A DNA stretch of 64,000 nucleotides from a virus, in the IMG/VR virus record IMGVR_UViG_3300027734_000039; one strand, given 5' to 3'. Shown here one piece after another: positions 28,998 to 37,723 of this stretch. A program made the translations under genes and the position numbers. Below the pieces are notes generated by a model that was given only the letters and a program-made list of their open reading frames with translations, did no database searches and was not told where the DNA came from. Each line of letters opens with the position of its first letter. The first letter of the stretch is position 1.

Positions 28998-29006
28998 CAT
29001 TTGTTT

Positions 29007-29034
29007 AAGGCGAGTCTGAAAAGGCTCGCCTTTT
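29007..29034 (+). terminator. Intrinsic terminator
   Basis: AAGGCGAGTC-TGAAAA-GGCTCGCCTT-TT. Confidence 0.8.
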
Positions 29035-29071
29035 GCATTTTATAAATATAATAAAACTTCCAGGGATTGAT

Positions 29072-29731
29072 ATGATCAAATTTAGCCAATTTATCGTTGA
29101 AAATGAATCTAAACCAGATTCTAAAACTCTCCATGCTTTTGACATGGATGAAACTTTATTCGCTCACGATAATAACAAACTAAGAGTTCATGTTTTAGAT
29201 CCTTATGGTAATAGAGTTCGTTCCTTATCGAACCAAGAGTATAATTCCCATCAGCTTCCTCCTGATCATCGTTACGATTATAGTGAATTTAAGAGCTCTG
29301 ATGTATTCACCAAATCAGCTCATCCTATTCGTAAAATGATCGCCAAATTAAAAGCCATACATAATAATGGTGGTAAGGCTGCGATTGTAACTGCTCGTTC
29401 TGATTTAGACGATCAGCCTAGATTCGCGCACCACATGAAAAAGTATGGGATTGATATTGATAAGATTCACGTTCATCGTGCAGGAAATATAGAAGGCAAA
29501 AAAGCTGCTGACGCAAAAGCAGAAGTTATTCAGGGTTTGATAGACCAACACGGTTATGATAAAGTTCACCTTTATGACGATCATCCTGGTAACTTAGATA
29601 AGTTTTTAAAATTAAATAGTAAAAATAAAGAGACAGCGTTTCATGCGCATCATGTCGTACATGATCCTGAAACTGGTAATGTAAATATTACCACTACGTC
29701 CGTTATTCCAAAGGAAAAAAAGAATGTTTAA
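29072..29731 (+). CDS. HAD-superfamily phosphatase-like protein with capsid-targeting-like N-terminus
   Basis: FDMDETL, IVTAR and LYDDH motifs; N-terminus MIKFSQFIVE; TATAAATA at 29041. Confidence 0.7.
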   Translation: MIKFSQFIVENESKPDSKTLHAFDMDETLFAHDNNKLRVHVLDPYGNRVRSLSNQEYNSHQLPPDHRYDYSEFKSSDVFTKSAHPIRKMIAKLKAIHNNGGKAAIVTARSDLDDQPRFAHHMKKYGIDIDKIHVHRAGNIEGKKAADAKAEVIQGLIDQHGYDKVHLYDDHPGNLDKFLKLNSKNKETAFHAHHVVHDPETGNVNITTTSVIPKEKKNV

Positions 29732-30995
29732 GTTCGGTGAATATTTAGAAGAAGCTAAAAAGAAAGCCCATGCTTTAGATTTCGGCACAGGCGCTGGAGC
29801 TGACTCTGCTGGTAAATTATATGAACTGCTAGTCGGCAAACATATGCGTGGCGACGATAAACATATGGAACATCATAGAGTTGAAGGTAAAACTCCAGAA
29901 GAAATTCATGATGCTCTTGTTAAAAAAACTTTTGGTGACGAAGGCGAGAATAGCGCTGGATATCAACTTTTAAATAACCATGCAAAAGATATGGCAGGTA
30001 AACTCACTCAACATTATGGATTAGAAGGTCAATCACCAAGAGTCGTTTGGACTTCACAGCCTTCCGATCACGAAAAAGAAACTAACGTTAACGATCCTAA
30101 TTCAAAAGCCGACCTTATCGTTAATAGACAACATGCGATCAGCGCAAAATTTGGTTCGTCCGATAAGCCAAACTATTTTAATCCAGGTATAGAAAATTTC
30201 GAGCAGATGGCTGGGAAATCATTACAGCATCATCAAGAAAAACATTCTGCAGTAGTTAAATCTTTTGGATTATCATCAAGCGCAAAAGGTCATGCTAAGT
30301 ATAAAGAACTAAGAGATTCCGATCAGCCTCACGAAAGAGAAAACGCTGAAAGAGTTAGACAGTCTGCCGAAGAAAGAAATAAAAACATAGCGGCTGACGT
30401 TAGAAACGGTCTATCAAAAAGATCAGATGCTGAATTGAGAAATTTAGTAAAAGGCACTGTAAACGCTCCGACTCATTTGCCAACAACAGTTGCCCATACA
30501 ATCCTGAACCCAGACGGAACGGCAACTCATCACGTTCATCCAATCGATCAACACGTTAATGATTACTTAAATCAATTTTCTGGTTTACATGTAGACCCAG
30601 AAGATAAAAGTGGTTCAGTAACAGTTCACGGTTATTATAACAACCCTAGCCATAAAGATCATGGTAAAAAAATGTCCGTTTGGAGCACTCCTGTATATTC
30701 CGGAGGACGCCCAACTGGTTCGGCAAGAGGCGCTGTTAAGCTAAACTCAGAATCGAATAAATCAGTTCGTGCTAGTATGGAAGCTAATCCTAATGTTGCT
30801 GCTGCTCCTGTTCAAAGAGCAGCCCCAGAGCCAGCCCCAGCCTCAGCCCCTGCACCTGTTCAAGCTCCAGCTCCTGTAAGAGCCGAAGCTCCAAATTGGA
30901 ATAAACGTTCTGCTCCTGGTGTAAATAGATCAGGTATTAAATCTTCGAACGAATTGTTCGGTCAAAAGTTCCACTCAGATGACGAGTCGCAATAA
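29724..30995 (+). CDS. PD-(D/E)XK nuclease-like putative internal protein
   Basis: GKLYE..KADLIV..ISAK; N-terminus MFKFGEYLEE; Pro/Ala-rich tail. Confidence 0.5.
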   Translation: MFKFGEYLEEAKKKAHALDFGTGAGADSAGKLYELLVGKHMRGDDKHMEHHRVEGKTPEEIHDALVKKTFGDEGENSAGYQLLNNHAKDMAGKLTQHYGLEGQSPRVVWTSQPSDHEKETNVNDPNSKADLIVNRQHAISAKFGSSDKPNYFNPGIENFEQMAGKSLQHHQEKHSAVVKSFGLSSSAKGHAKYKELRDSDQPHERENAERVRQSAEERNKNIAADVRNGLSKRSDAELRNLVKGTVNAPTHLPTTVAHTILNPDGTATHHVHPIDQHVNDYLNQFSGLHVDPEDKSGSVTVHGYYNNPSHKDHGKKMSVWSTPVYSGGRPTGSARGAVKLNSESNKSVRASMEANPNVAAAPVQRAAPEPAPASAPAPVQAPAPVRAEAPNWNKRSAPGVNRSGIKSSNELFGQKFHSDDESQ

Positions 30996-33124
30996 TGATA
31001 AATTTCAAAAATTACTTAACCGAACAAGAAGAGCCACAGGGCAAACCATTAACACATCTCACACACGTTGAAGATAGAGTAATTCATGGCGGTCATGAAG
31101 GCGTTGGTTTAGCTGCTCAACATCTTGAAGACGTTCATAATACTCTTCTCGGTAAAAATAATTCGACTCACGTTTCAACAAAGTATGACGGCGCTCCATC
31201 AATCGTTTTCGGTACTCATCCAAAAACTGGCCAGTTTTTTGTTGCCTCTAAGTCGGCGTTCAATAAGAACCCAAAGATCAATTTCACACCAGAAGATATT
31301 CAGGCAAATCATGGCCACTCTCCTGGTCTAGCTGAAAAGCTAACTGCTGCTCTTCAACACCTCCCTAAGATTATGCCAAAGAACGGTGGCGTGTATCAGG
31401 GCGATATGATGTATACTAAGCCAGATATCGAAAAGAAAAAAGGGCAGTATAATTTTACGCCAAACGCTATTACATATTCTACGCCACAAGATAGCCCACA
31501 GGGTAAGGCAATTAAGAACTCTGAAATGGGCGTTGTTGTTCATACACAATATGGCGGTGGTAGCGATTTAAGTTCTATGTCGGCTGGTCCTCTTTCAAAC
31601 AAGCAAAGAGAAAAGTTCGATAATCACCCAGACGTTCATAACATTGACCCAACGATTAAAGTCAATCCTTCTAATTATACCCATGAAGAGCAACGTGCTT
31701 ATTTAAATCATATGGGAAATGCGAAACAAGCATATGCCAAAATGAAACCAGAAGGAATGGATGCTCTTCAAGATCATGGTGTATCTTTAGAAACTCACGT
31801 TAATGATATGGTTCGTAAAAGTGGTCAGCCATCCGTACAGGGTTATATGGACCATCTTACAACTAAGAGTCAAAAAGACATTGATAAGGTAAAAACTCAG
31901 GCAGCTAAAGATAGAAAAATGGCTGCTCATGCTGACCTAATGAAACATATTAGTGAAAATCAAAACCATTTCAAAAGAGCTTTAGAAATTCACGGTCATC
32001 TTCAACAGGCTAAAAATATCTTAACTGGTGTTATGGCAAAGAACAGCGAGTTCGGTCATAGTATTAATGGTGAAGCTACTGGACCAGAAGGTGCAGTTGC
32101 TGTTGATAAAAACGGTAACATGTCTAAGTTTGTTGACCGTAATGAGTTTTCAAGACAAAACCTATTAGGCGCTGGTCGTTTTCAAAAGCAGCCAGTAACT
32201 GAAGGTTATCTATTAGAAGCTATTATGCCAAACCACGTTACAACTTTCATGCGTGCTAATCCGCCAACTGCTGGCCACGCAAAGGTTGTTGACAAAGTTT
32301 TAGATATTGCTAAAGACACTGGCGGTTCGCACAGCGTAGTTTTATCTCACTCGCAAGATCCTTCTAAAAATCCATTATCACCAACTCAAAAGCTAAAGCA
32401 TGCTCGCAATGCATTTCCTAATGCAAATGTACAAACTTCTTCTGAAGAAGCACCGAGCCTATTACATCATGCAGTTAGTTTGCACAATCAAGGTGTTAAA
32501 AACTTACATCTTGTTGTCGGTCAAGATAGAGTTGGACAGTTTGAAAAGTTATTAAACAATTATAACGGAAAAGAAAGCAAGCACGGATACTATAATTTCG
32601 ATAGTATTAACGTTCATTCGGCTGGCGATAGAGACCCAGATGCTGAAGGTGTAGAGGGCGTTTCTGGAACTATGATGCGTAAAGCTGCTAAGTCAGGCGA
32701 TAGAAATACTTTCCATTCAGGCTCTTCTGCTGCTATGTCAGAAAAACATAAAGACGACATGATGAGAGATGTCGTAAAAGGAATGAGTATTAAAGAAGAA
32801 GCTTATGTTCCTAACGAAGGTAATGCTCCATCGGCTGCTTCTCTTTCTGCTAGTGGCGCTCCACAAGAAAGTGGTCCATTAAAGAAAAAGAAAACAATTA
32901 AAGAAAACACTACTGGTTCAGTTGGCGGTCTTGGTTTCAATACGGGCAACCCAGCACCAAACGACAATCATATTGCTAATTACGTTGAGGCTAGTACTTC
33001 TGATGCTGATACAAGAGATAATGTATTGAAGGGTATGATAAATAAAAGTACTTCGCCAAAAACTCATGAAAAAATTGGGTTTAAAGCGTTTGATCCTTCA
33101 AAAGATTTAAAAGCTAAAAAATGA
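30995..33124 (+). CDS. Fusion of a ligase-like nucleotidyltransferase domain and a cytidylyltransferase-like domain
   Basis: N-terminal HLTHVED..TKYDGAP..GVYQGD..EG; C-terminal RANPPTAGH..KNPL..VVGQDR..SAGDRDPDAEGVEGVSGT. Confidence 0.75.
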   Translation: MINFKNYLTEQEEPQGKPLTHLTHVEDRVIHGGHEGVGLAAQHLEDVHNTLLGKNNSTHVSTKYDGAPSIVFGTHPKTGQFFVASKSAFNKNPKINFTPEDIQANHGHSPGLAEKLTAALQHLPKIMPKNGGVYQGDMMYTKPDIEKKKGQYNFTPNAITYSTPQDSPQGKAIKNSEMGVVVHTQYGGGSDLSSMSAGPLSNKQREKFDNHPDVHNIDPTIKVNPSNYTHEEQRAYLNHMGNAKQAYAKMKPEGMDALQDHGVSLETHVNDMVRKSGQPSVQGYMDHLTTKSQKDIDKVKTQAAKDRKMAAHADLMKHISENQNHFKRALEIHGHLQQAKNILTGVMAKNSEFGHSINGEATGPEGAVAVDKNGNMSKFVDRNEFSRQNLLGAGRFQKQPVTEGYLLEAIMPNHVTTFMRANPPTAGHAKVVDKVLDIAKDTGGSHSVVLSHSQDPSKNPLSPTQKLKHARNAFPNANVQTSSEEAPSLLHHAVSLHNQGVKNLHLVVGQDRVGQFEKLLNNYNGKESKHGYYNFDSINVHSAGDRDPDAEGVEGVSGTMMRKAAKSGDRNTFHSGSSAAMSEKHKDDMMRDVVKGMSIKEEAYVPNEGNAPSAASLSASGAPQESGPLKKKKTIKENTTGSVGGLGFNTGNPAPNDNHIANYVEASTSDADTRDNVLKGMINKSTSPKTHEKIGFKAFDPSKDLKAKK

Positions 33125-33966
33125 TAAATGAAAACCAATTTTTGGAAAATTTGGCTAAGTCTCTTGGCGTTGAAAATGTTTTAGTTGACATAAAAGAGAA
33201 AAAAGTCAAAGAAGAAAAGATGCTGAAGAGCTTCGCCAAGGGTCTTGGCGTTGAAAATGTTCTTGAAGAAATAGAAAATAAAAAAGCTAAAGAAAAACAG
33301 TTACTTGAAAACTTAAACAAAACATTAAATAAAATAGCAGAACCAGAACCAATTTTAAAACACGAACCCGAGCCAGTGGTTGAGGGAGTATTTGCCGAAC
33401 CAGAACCAATTATAGAAATTGTAGAAGAGCAACTACTAGAGCAACCAGAGTTAATCGCCGAAATCGGTCGTCAACCAGAACCAGAAATAGCCAAAAACGA
33501 TATTGTAACAAAGTCCGTTATTGCTCTTTCTAAAACTAGCCAGCAAGATGGCGACATTCAAGACGTTGCTGATAAACTACCTCCTAGTGTTCAAAAAGAA
33601 CTAGACATTATCCGTAAGTCAATTGCTGATTTTCACCGTTTTGCACAGCGCCATTCGCAACTTGGTGGTGGTGGTGCTGGTGATGTTGTCAATTTAGACC
33701 ACCCAGCCAAAACAGTTTACGAAAATTATACATTTACACACAAAGATTATTATATCGGCGCTGGTGTTACGCCAATTACAATTACTCTACCAGCTATTGC
33801 TAAAAATGGTAGAGTAATTGTAGTTAAAGATGAAGTTGGTAACTGTTCTCAAAACCCTATTACTGTTCAAGGTTTGGTTGACAGCGATTCAGGTGGGTTC
33901 ATTTTAGCAGAAAATAACGGTGGCATTCAAATGATATATAACAACGGAAGTTGGAGAATTATATGA
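33121..33966 (+). CDS. Putative virion structural protein
   Basis: Duplicated AKxLGVENVL; GGGGAG linker; C-terminal ITLP..GRVIVVKDE..ITV beta domain. Confidence 0.55.
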   Translation: MINENQFLENLAKSLGVENVLVDIKEKKVKEEKMLKSFAKGLGVENVLEEIENKKAKEKQLLENLNKTLNKIAEPEPILKHEPEPVVEGVFAEPEPIIEIVEEQLLEQPELIAEIGRQPEPEIAKNDIVTKSVIALSKTSQQDGDIQDVADKLPPSVQKELDIIRKSIADFHRFAQRHSQLGGGGAGDVVNLDHPAKTVYENYTFTHKDYYIGAGVTPITITLPAIAKNGRVIVVKDEVGNCSQNPITVQGLVDSDSGGFILAENNGGIQMIYNNGSWRII

Positions 33967-35084
33967 CTTATCTTTTTAGCAATACAATTTCTGGTAATGT
34001 TAATATCTTTAATAGTAATGGTGTTGCCATTGCTGCCAATACTCGTTTGCCTGTTGATATAGGTAATTCTACTATTAATATTTCTGGTAATGTTAATATT
34101 CTTGATATTGTTCAAGTAAACAGTACACCAGAAAATCCAGTTCATAATCATATAACTGAAGTTGGTAATAGTGGTATTCTTACTGTACCTTATATGCCAG
34201 TTAGCGGTAATGTTGCAATCTATAACAGCAACGGATCGTCTATCAGCTTATCTAATCCAATCTCAATGCAAATAACTAAGAATGGATTAGCCGTTAGCGA
34301 TACAGTAGGTTTACCAACTCGTGTTATCAACGATGAAGCATTGATATCTTATGCTCGTGGTAAACCTATAACAGAATCCGATGTGCTGAATGCTTTCTTG
34401 ATTGACAAAAGTGGTGCTACAGAAACACTAGGCACAACTCCTGCTACTATGTCCACGGTTTGGGAAGGTACTGGACTATATCCATGGAACACCTACACAG
34501 GCACAGGTGACAAACTCTACATCAAATCTGTTGCCAACGATGCCAAGATACAAGGCAAAAGCATAACCATTAATGGATTAGACAGTAACTATGATATCAT
34601 TGAAGAAACTGTAACCTTACACCCGACTAATACTGCCATCGCAGTAAGCACCTCTCAAAACTTTTATAGAATCAATAGACTATATTTGTCGGGTAACAAT
34701 ACCAATAGTCTACCGCACGACCATGACTTGGAAGTTAGATATGGTAGTAGCAGTGGAACTTTGTTGAGCCTATTTGTTGCTCCTTGGGGTCGTGGACAAA
34801 ACTGTATCTATACTGTGCCACGTGGCTATGAAGCATTTGTATTGAGTATCAACGGTAACAGTGGACACAACGATGAAATTACCAGTTCATTGTGGTTTCA
34901 TCCCTATGGTAACACTTGGACGCTACAGAAAAGTTTCAAGTTTATTTCTGGTTCATTTGACCACAACTTTAGAACACCATTGCGTATTACAGAAAAATCA
35001 GATATTGAGATTCGTGCGTATGCTCTGGTCGAGTCCAGTCGTATTGGAACCGAGTTCCAGATATTAGTCCTACCAAAGGCGTAA
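33963..35084 (+). CDS. Putative virion structural protein
   Basis: ISGNV repeats; ITINGLDSNY..IYTVPRG..EKSDIE. Confidence 0.55.
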   Translation: MTYLFSNTISGNVNIFNSNGVAIAANTRLPVDIGNSTINISGNVNILDIVQVNSTPENPVHNHITEVGNSGILTVPYMPVSGNVAIYNSNGSSISLSNPISMQITKNGLAVSDTVGLPTRVINDEALISYARGKPITESDVLNAFLIDKSGATETLGTTPATMSTVWEGTGLYPWNTYTGTGDKLYIKSVANDAKIQGKSITINGLDSNYDIIEETVTLHPTNTAIAVSTSQNFYRINRLYLSGNNTNSLPHDHDLEVRYGSSSGTLLSLFVAPWGRGQNCIYTVPRGYEAFVLSINGNSGHNDEITSSLWFHPYGNTWTLQKSFKFISGSFDHNFRTPLRITEKSDIEIRAYALVESSRIGTEFQILVLPKA

Positions 35085-35087
35085 GAT

Positions 35088-35732
35088 ATGGCACAGTTTA
35101 ATAAAGACTCACAAACATACGTCGACGGACGCAGAGTCCTACACGATGTTCACATGATCGCTAACAAGAATGGCGATATTGTTACTACAGCTAATCCTTT
35201 TCCAGTAACAGGAACACTGACATCAATATCAGGAGAAGCTGCTGGGGACAAATATTCGTTTAACAATCACTCTACAAACGCCAACCGTGGATGGACTATG
35301 GATAACACCATGCGTCCAGTTATAAGTTTTCAAAATGGTAGCGCGAGTGCCACAGATATAATTCAGATTATCGAATATGAAATTGGTAATAACAATGCTG
35401 CTTCAAGCACCATTATCTACGAGTGGTATGAAGGTCCGTTGACCATTTCTGGAGCTGCCATACCTTCTTGGACCACATTTGGTGTGCATAGTCAATATCG
35501 TGTGTATCAGGATCAATACTCAAGTAATCAGGGCAACACATTTACAGTTCCTGGCGGCACATATTTGCGACATAGCGGTATTATCATTGGTAAGAACACT
35601 GGTGGCGATGGTGGTATAGCAAATCTTATTGGTGGAGGCGGTAGAAACATGCTCACACTTTGCATGCGACGAGTAGATAACGCCACCAAACTGGATATAT
35701 GGTTTGCCTTCGATGTTAAAGAATTAGCATAA
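35088..35732 (+). CDS. Putative virion structural protein
   Basis: MAQFNK..NPFPV N-terminus; beta-rich. Confidence 0.5.
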   Translation: MAQFNKDSQTYVDGRRVLHDVHMIANKNGDIVTTANPFPVTGTLTSISGEAAGDKYSFNNHSTNANRGWTMDNTMRPVISFQNGSASATDIIQIIEYEIGNNNAASSTIIYEWYEGPLTISGAAIPSWTTFGVHSQYRVYQDQYSSNQGNTFTVPGGTYLRHSGIIIGKNTGGDGGIANLIGGGGRNMLTLCMRRVDNATKLDIWFAFDVKELA

Positions 35733-35748
35733 TTAAACAATAGTATTT

Positions 35749-35826
35749 TATAAATAGGTTTGTTAGTGCAGTAAGGCTACGGCAGACCTGCTAATTGTTC
35801 TTGGATAAGCCTAAAGGGAAACTCCA
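35749..35826 (+). promoter_or_regulatory. Late promoter plus structured (pseudoknot-like) 5' leader
   Basis: TATAAATA at 35749; AGGTTTGTT/GGCAGACCT stem; loop AGGCT complementary to AGCCT next to the SD. Confidence 0.5.
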
Positions 35827-37044
35827 ATGGTAAAGAAATTTAAATCTTTCGGTCCTCAGCTAGTTTTTGCAGAGCAAACTGCAGGATCTGTCGTAGTTCT
35901 CACTAACGAACAAAAACTCTCCCTATACAAAAAATCACAAAAATCAGGTATATCGACCGATATTCTCGAAGAAGTATATCGCCGTGGGTATTCTATTTGG
36001 AACGAATCATTCGGTCAAACTGCTGATCAATTCGCGTTTGATCGTGTCAACTCATTTATCGCTGGCGGTTTCGCAGCAGACTTGGACGAGGATCTTATGA
36101 TCGAAGAAGGCAAAAGAGGCTTGTGGGATAACATTTGGGCAAAGCGTAGACGTATTGCCCGTGGGTCTGGCGAACGTATGCGCAAGCCAGGAGAAAAAGG
36201 TGCACCGACACCAGAAGCTCTTAAGGCTTCTCAAAACGAATCATTCGAAACTTTTGAAAAGCAATCAAAAAATCCAAACGATCCAGCTTCTAGATTCGAT
36301 GGAACTTATTCTGCTTCTAAAGTATATGCTGACGAAACTCCTGGCCAAAAATTAGCTCATAAACAAAAGAGCTCTTTACAAACAATTAAAAAGGTTGTTA
36401 AAGAAGCTTTGAATGAAGATGACGATGAAAGAAACAAAAAGATAGATGCTCTTTTAAAAACTTCAACCGAAGCTAAAACTCAAGCTGATATTAAGAGCAG
36501 AGAACCAAAAGTTTCAACTGGGGAAGCTTCCGAAAAGAGAACTTTTGATTCAGCAAATATGATCACCCCAAGAACTAAAACTACAGCACCTGCAACTAAA
36601 ACATCAAAAGCTGTAGTTAAAGAAGATTGGTCGGATTCAAAATATAAAAATAAAAATGGTGGAATGACTCAGGCTGGTGTAGACGCATACCGCCGCGAGA
36701 ATCCAGGTAGCAAGTTAAAAACTGCTGTTACAACGGAACCATCAAAACTAAAGCCTGGATCAAAGGCAGCTAATCGTCGCAAGTCATTCTGTGCTCGTAT
36801 GGGCGGTATGAAGAAACGTTTGACTTCGGCTAAAACAGCTCGCGACCCCGATTCAAGAATAAATAAAGCGTTACGCAAGTGGCATTGTGAAGAAACAATA
36901 AACGAATTATCTGTACCACTCGGTTCTACTGGCAAAAGAACATCAGTTCCTACACCAATGATGTCCATTAGAATGGCAAGCGGTAAGATAGAAAAGCACC
37001 CACCAGGAAAAAGCGGAAACTCAAGCGGTGGCGATGAAGAGTGA
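35827..37044 (+). CDS. Multi-module putative internal head protein
   Basis: Modules EVYRRG..AFDRVNSF, GLWDNIWAKR..GERMRKPG and RRKSFCARM..DPDSRINKALRKW, separated by [LIV]xE sites. Confidence 0.65.
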   Translation: MVKKFKSFGPQLVFAEQTAGSVVVLTNEQKLSLYKKSQKSGISTDILEEVYRRGYSIWNESFGQTADQFAFDRVNSFIAGGFAADLDEDLMIEEGKRGLWDNIWAKRRRIARGSGERMRKPGEKGAPTPEALKASQNESFETFEKQSKNPNDPASRFDGTYSASKVYADETPGQKLAHKQKSSLQTIKKVVKEALNEDDDERNKKIDALLKTSTEAKTQADIKSREPKVSTGEASEKRTFDSANMITPRTKTTAPATKTSKAVVKEDWSDSKYKNKNGGMTQAGVDAYRRENPGSKLKTAVTTEPSKLKPGSKAANRRKSFCARMGGMKKRLTSAKTARDPDSRINKALRKWHCEETINELSVPLGSTGKRTSVPTPMMSIRMASGKIEKHPPGKSGNSSGGDEE

Positions 37045-37062
37045 AACTAAAGGAGAAATGAA

Positions 37063-37290
37063 ATGATTGAGACAATTATCGGATTAGTAATTATCGGCGG
37101 CGTTGGTTATGCTCTTTATAAGATGGTGACCAAAAAAGAAACAGCAGAAGAAGCTGTTAATGAAGTTATCGCCGAAGCAAAGGCAGAAGTAACTAAGGTT
37201 GCTGACGTAAACAAAGACGGCAAGGTCGACGTTTCAGACGTTGTCGAAGTAGTTAAGAAAACTCGCGGTAGAAAGAAAAAGGCTCAGTAA
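37063..37290 (+). CDS. Small membrane-anchored protein with EF-hand-like loop
   Basis: N-terminal TM; DVNKDGKVDVSD; basic tail. Confidence 0.6.
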   Translation: MIETIIGLVIIGGVGYALYKMVTKKETAEEAVNEVIAEAKAEVTKVADVNKDGKVDVSDVVEVVKKTRGRKKKAQ

Positions 37291-37291
37291 A

Positions 37292-37723
37292 ATGGCATTA
37301 GCAGATACAGCAAAGGTAGCACTCGCGGATACATTCGCGTTTTATCTTAAGACTCACAATTTCCACTGGAATATCGAAGGTCCGAACTTTGCCCAGTATC
37401 ACTCGTTCCTTGATGGTTTGTACAATGAAGTTTGGGGAGCAGTTGATGCTATTGCCGAACACATTCGTACGCTCGATTCATATGTTCCTGGTTCTTTTTC
37501 TCGTTATAAAGAACTTGCTACTATTGAAGACGAGACTAAAATTCCAACTGCGATTAATATGCTAAACAAACTAGAGGCTGATAATCAAAAGGTTATCGCC
37601 TCTTTAACTGCTGCTTTTCAGGCTGCAGAAAAAGAAAAGAAAGTTGGTTTTGCTAACTTCCTTCAAGACAGAATCGATATCCATGAAAAGCATGGATGGA
37701 TGCTAAGGGCATTAACCAAATGA
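37292..37723 (+). CDS. dps: Dps ferritin-like DNA-protection protein
   Basis: HNFHWNIEG, H..LD, VDAIAEHIR and HEKHGWML ferroxidase motifs. Confidence 0.93.
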   Translation: MALADTAKVALADTFAFYLKTHNFHWNIEGPNFAQYHSFLDGLYNEVWGAVDAIAEHIRTLDSYVPGSFSRYKELATIEDETKIPTAINMLNKLEADNQKVIASLTAAFQAAEKEKKVGFANFLQDRIDIHEKHGWMLRALTK

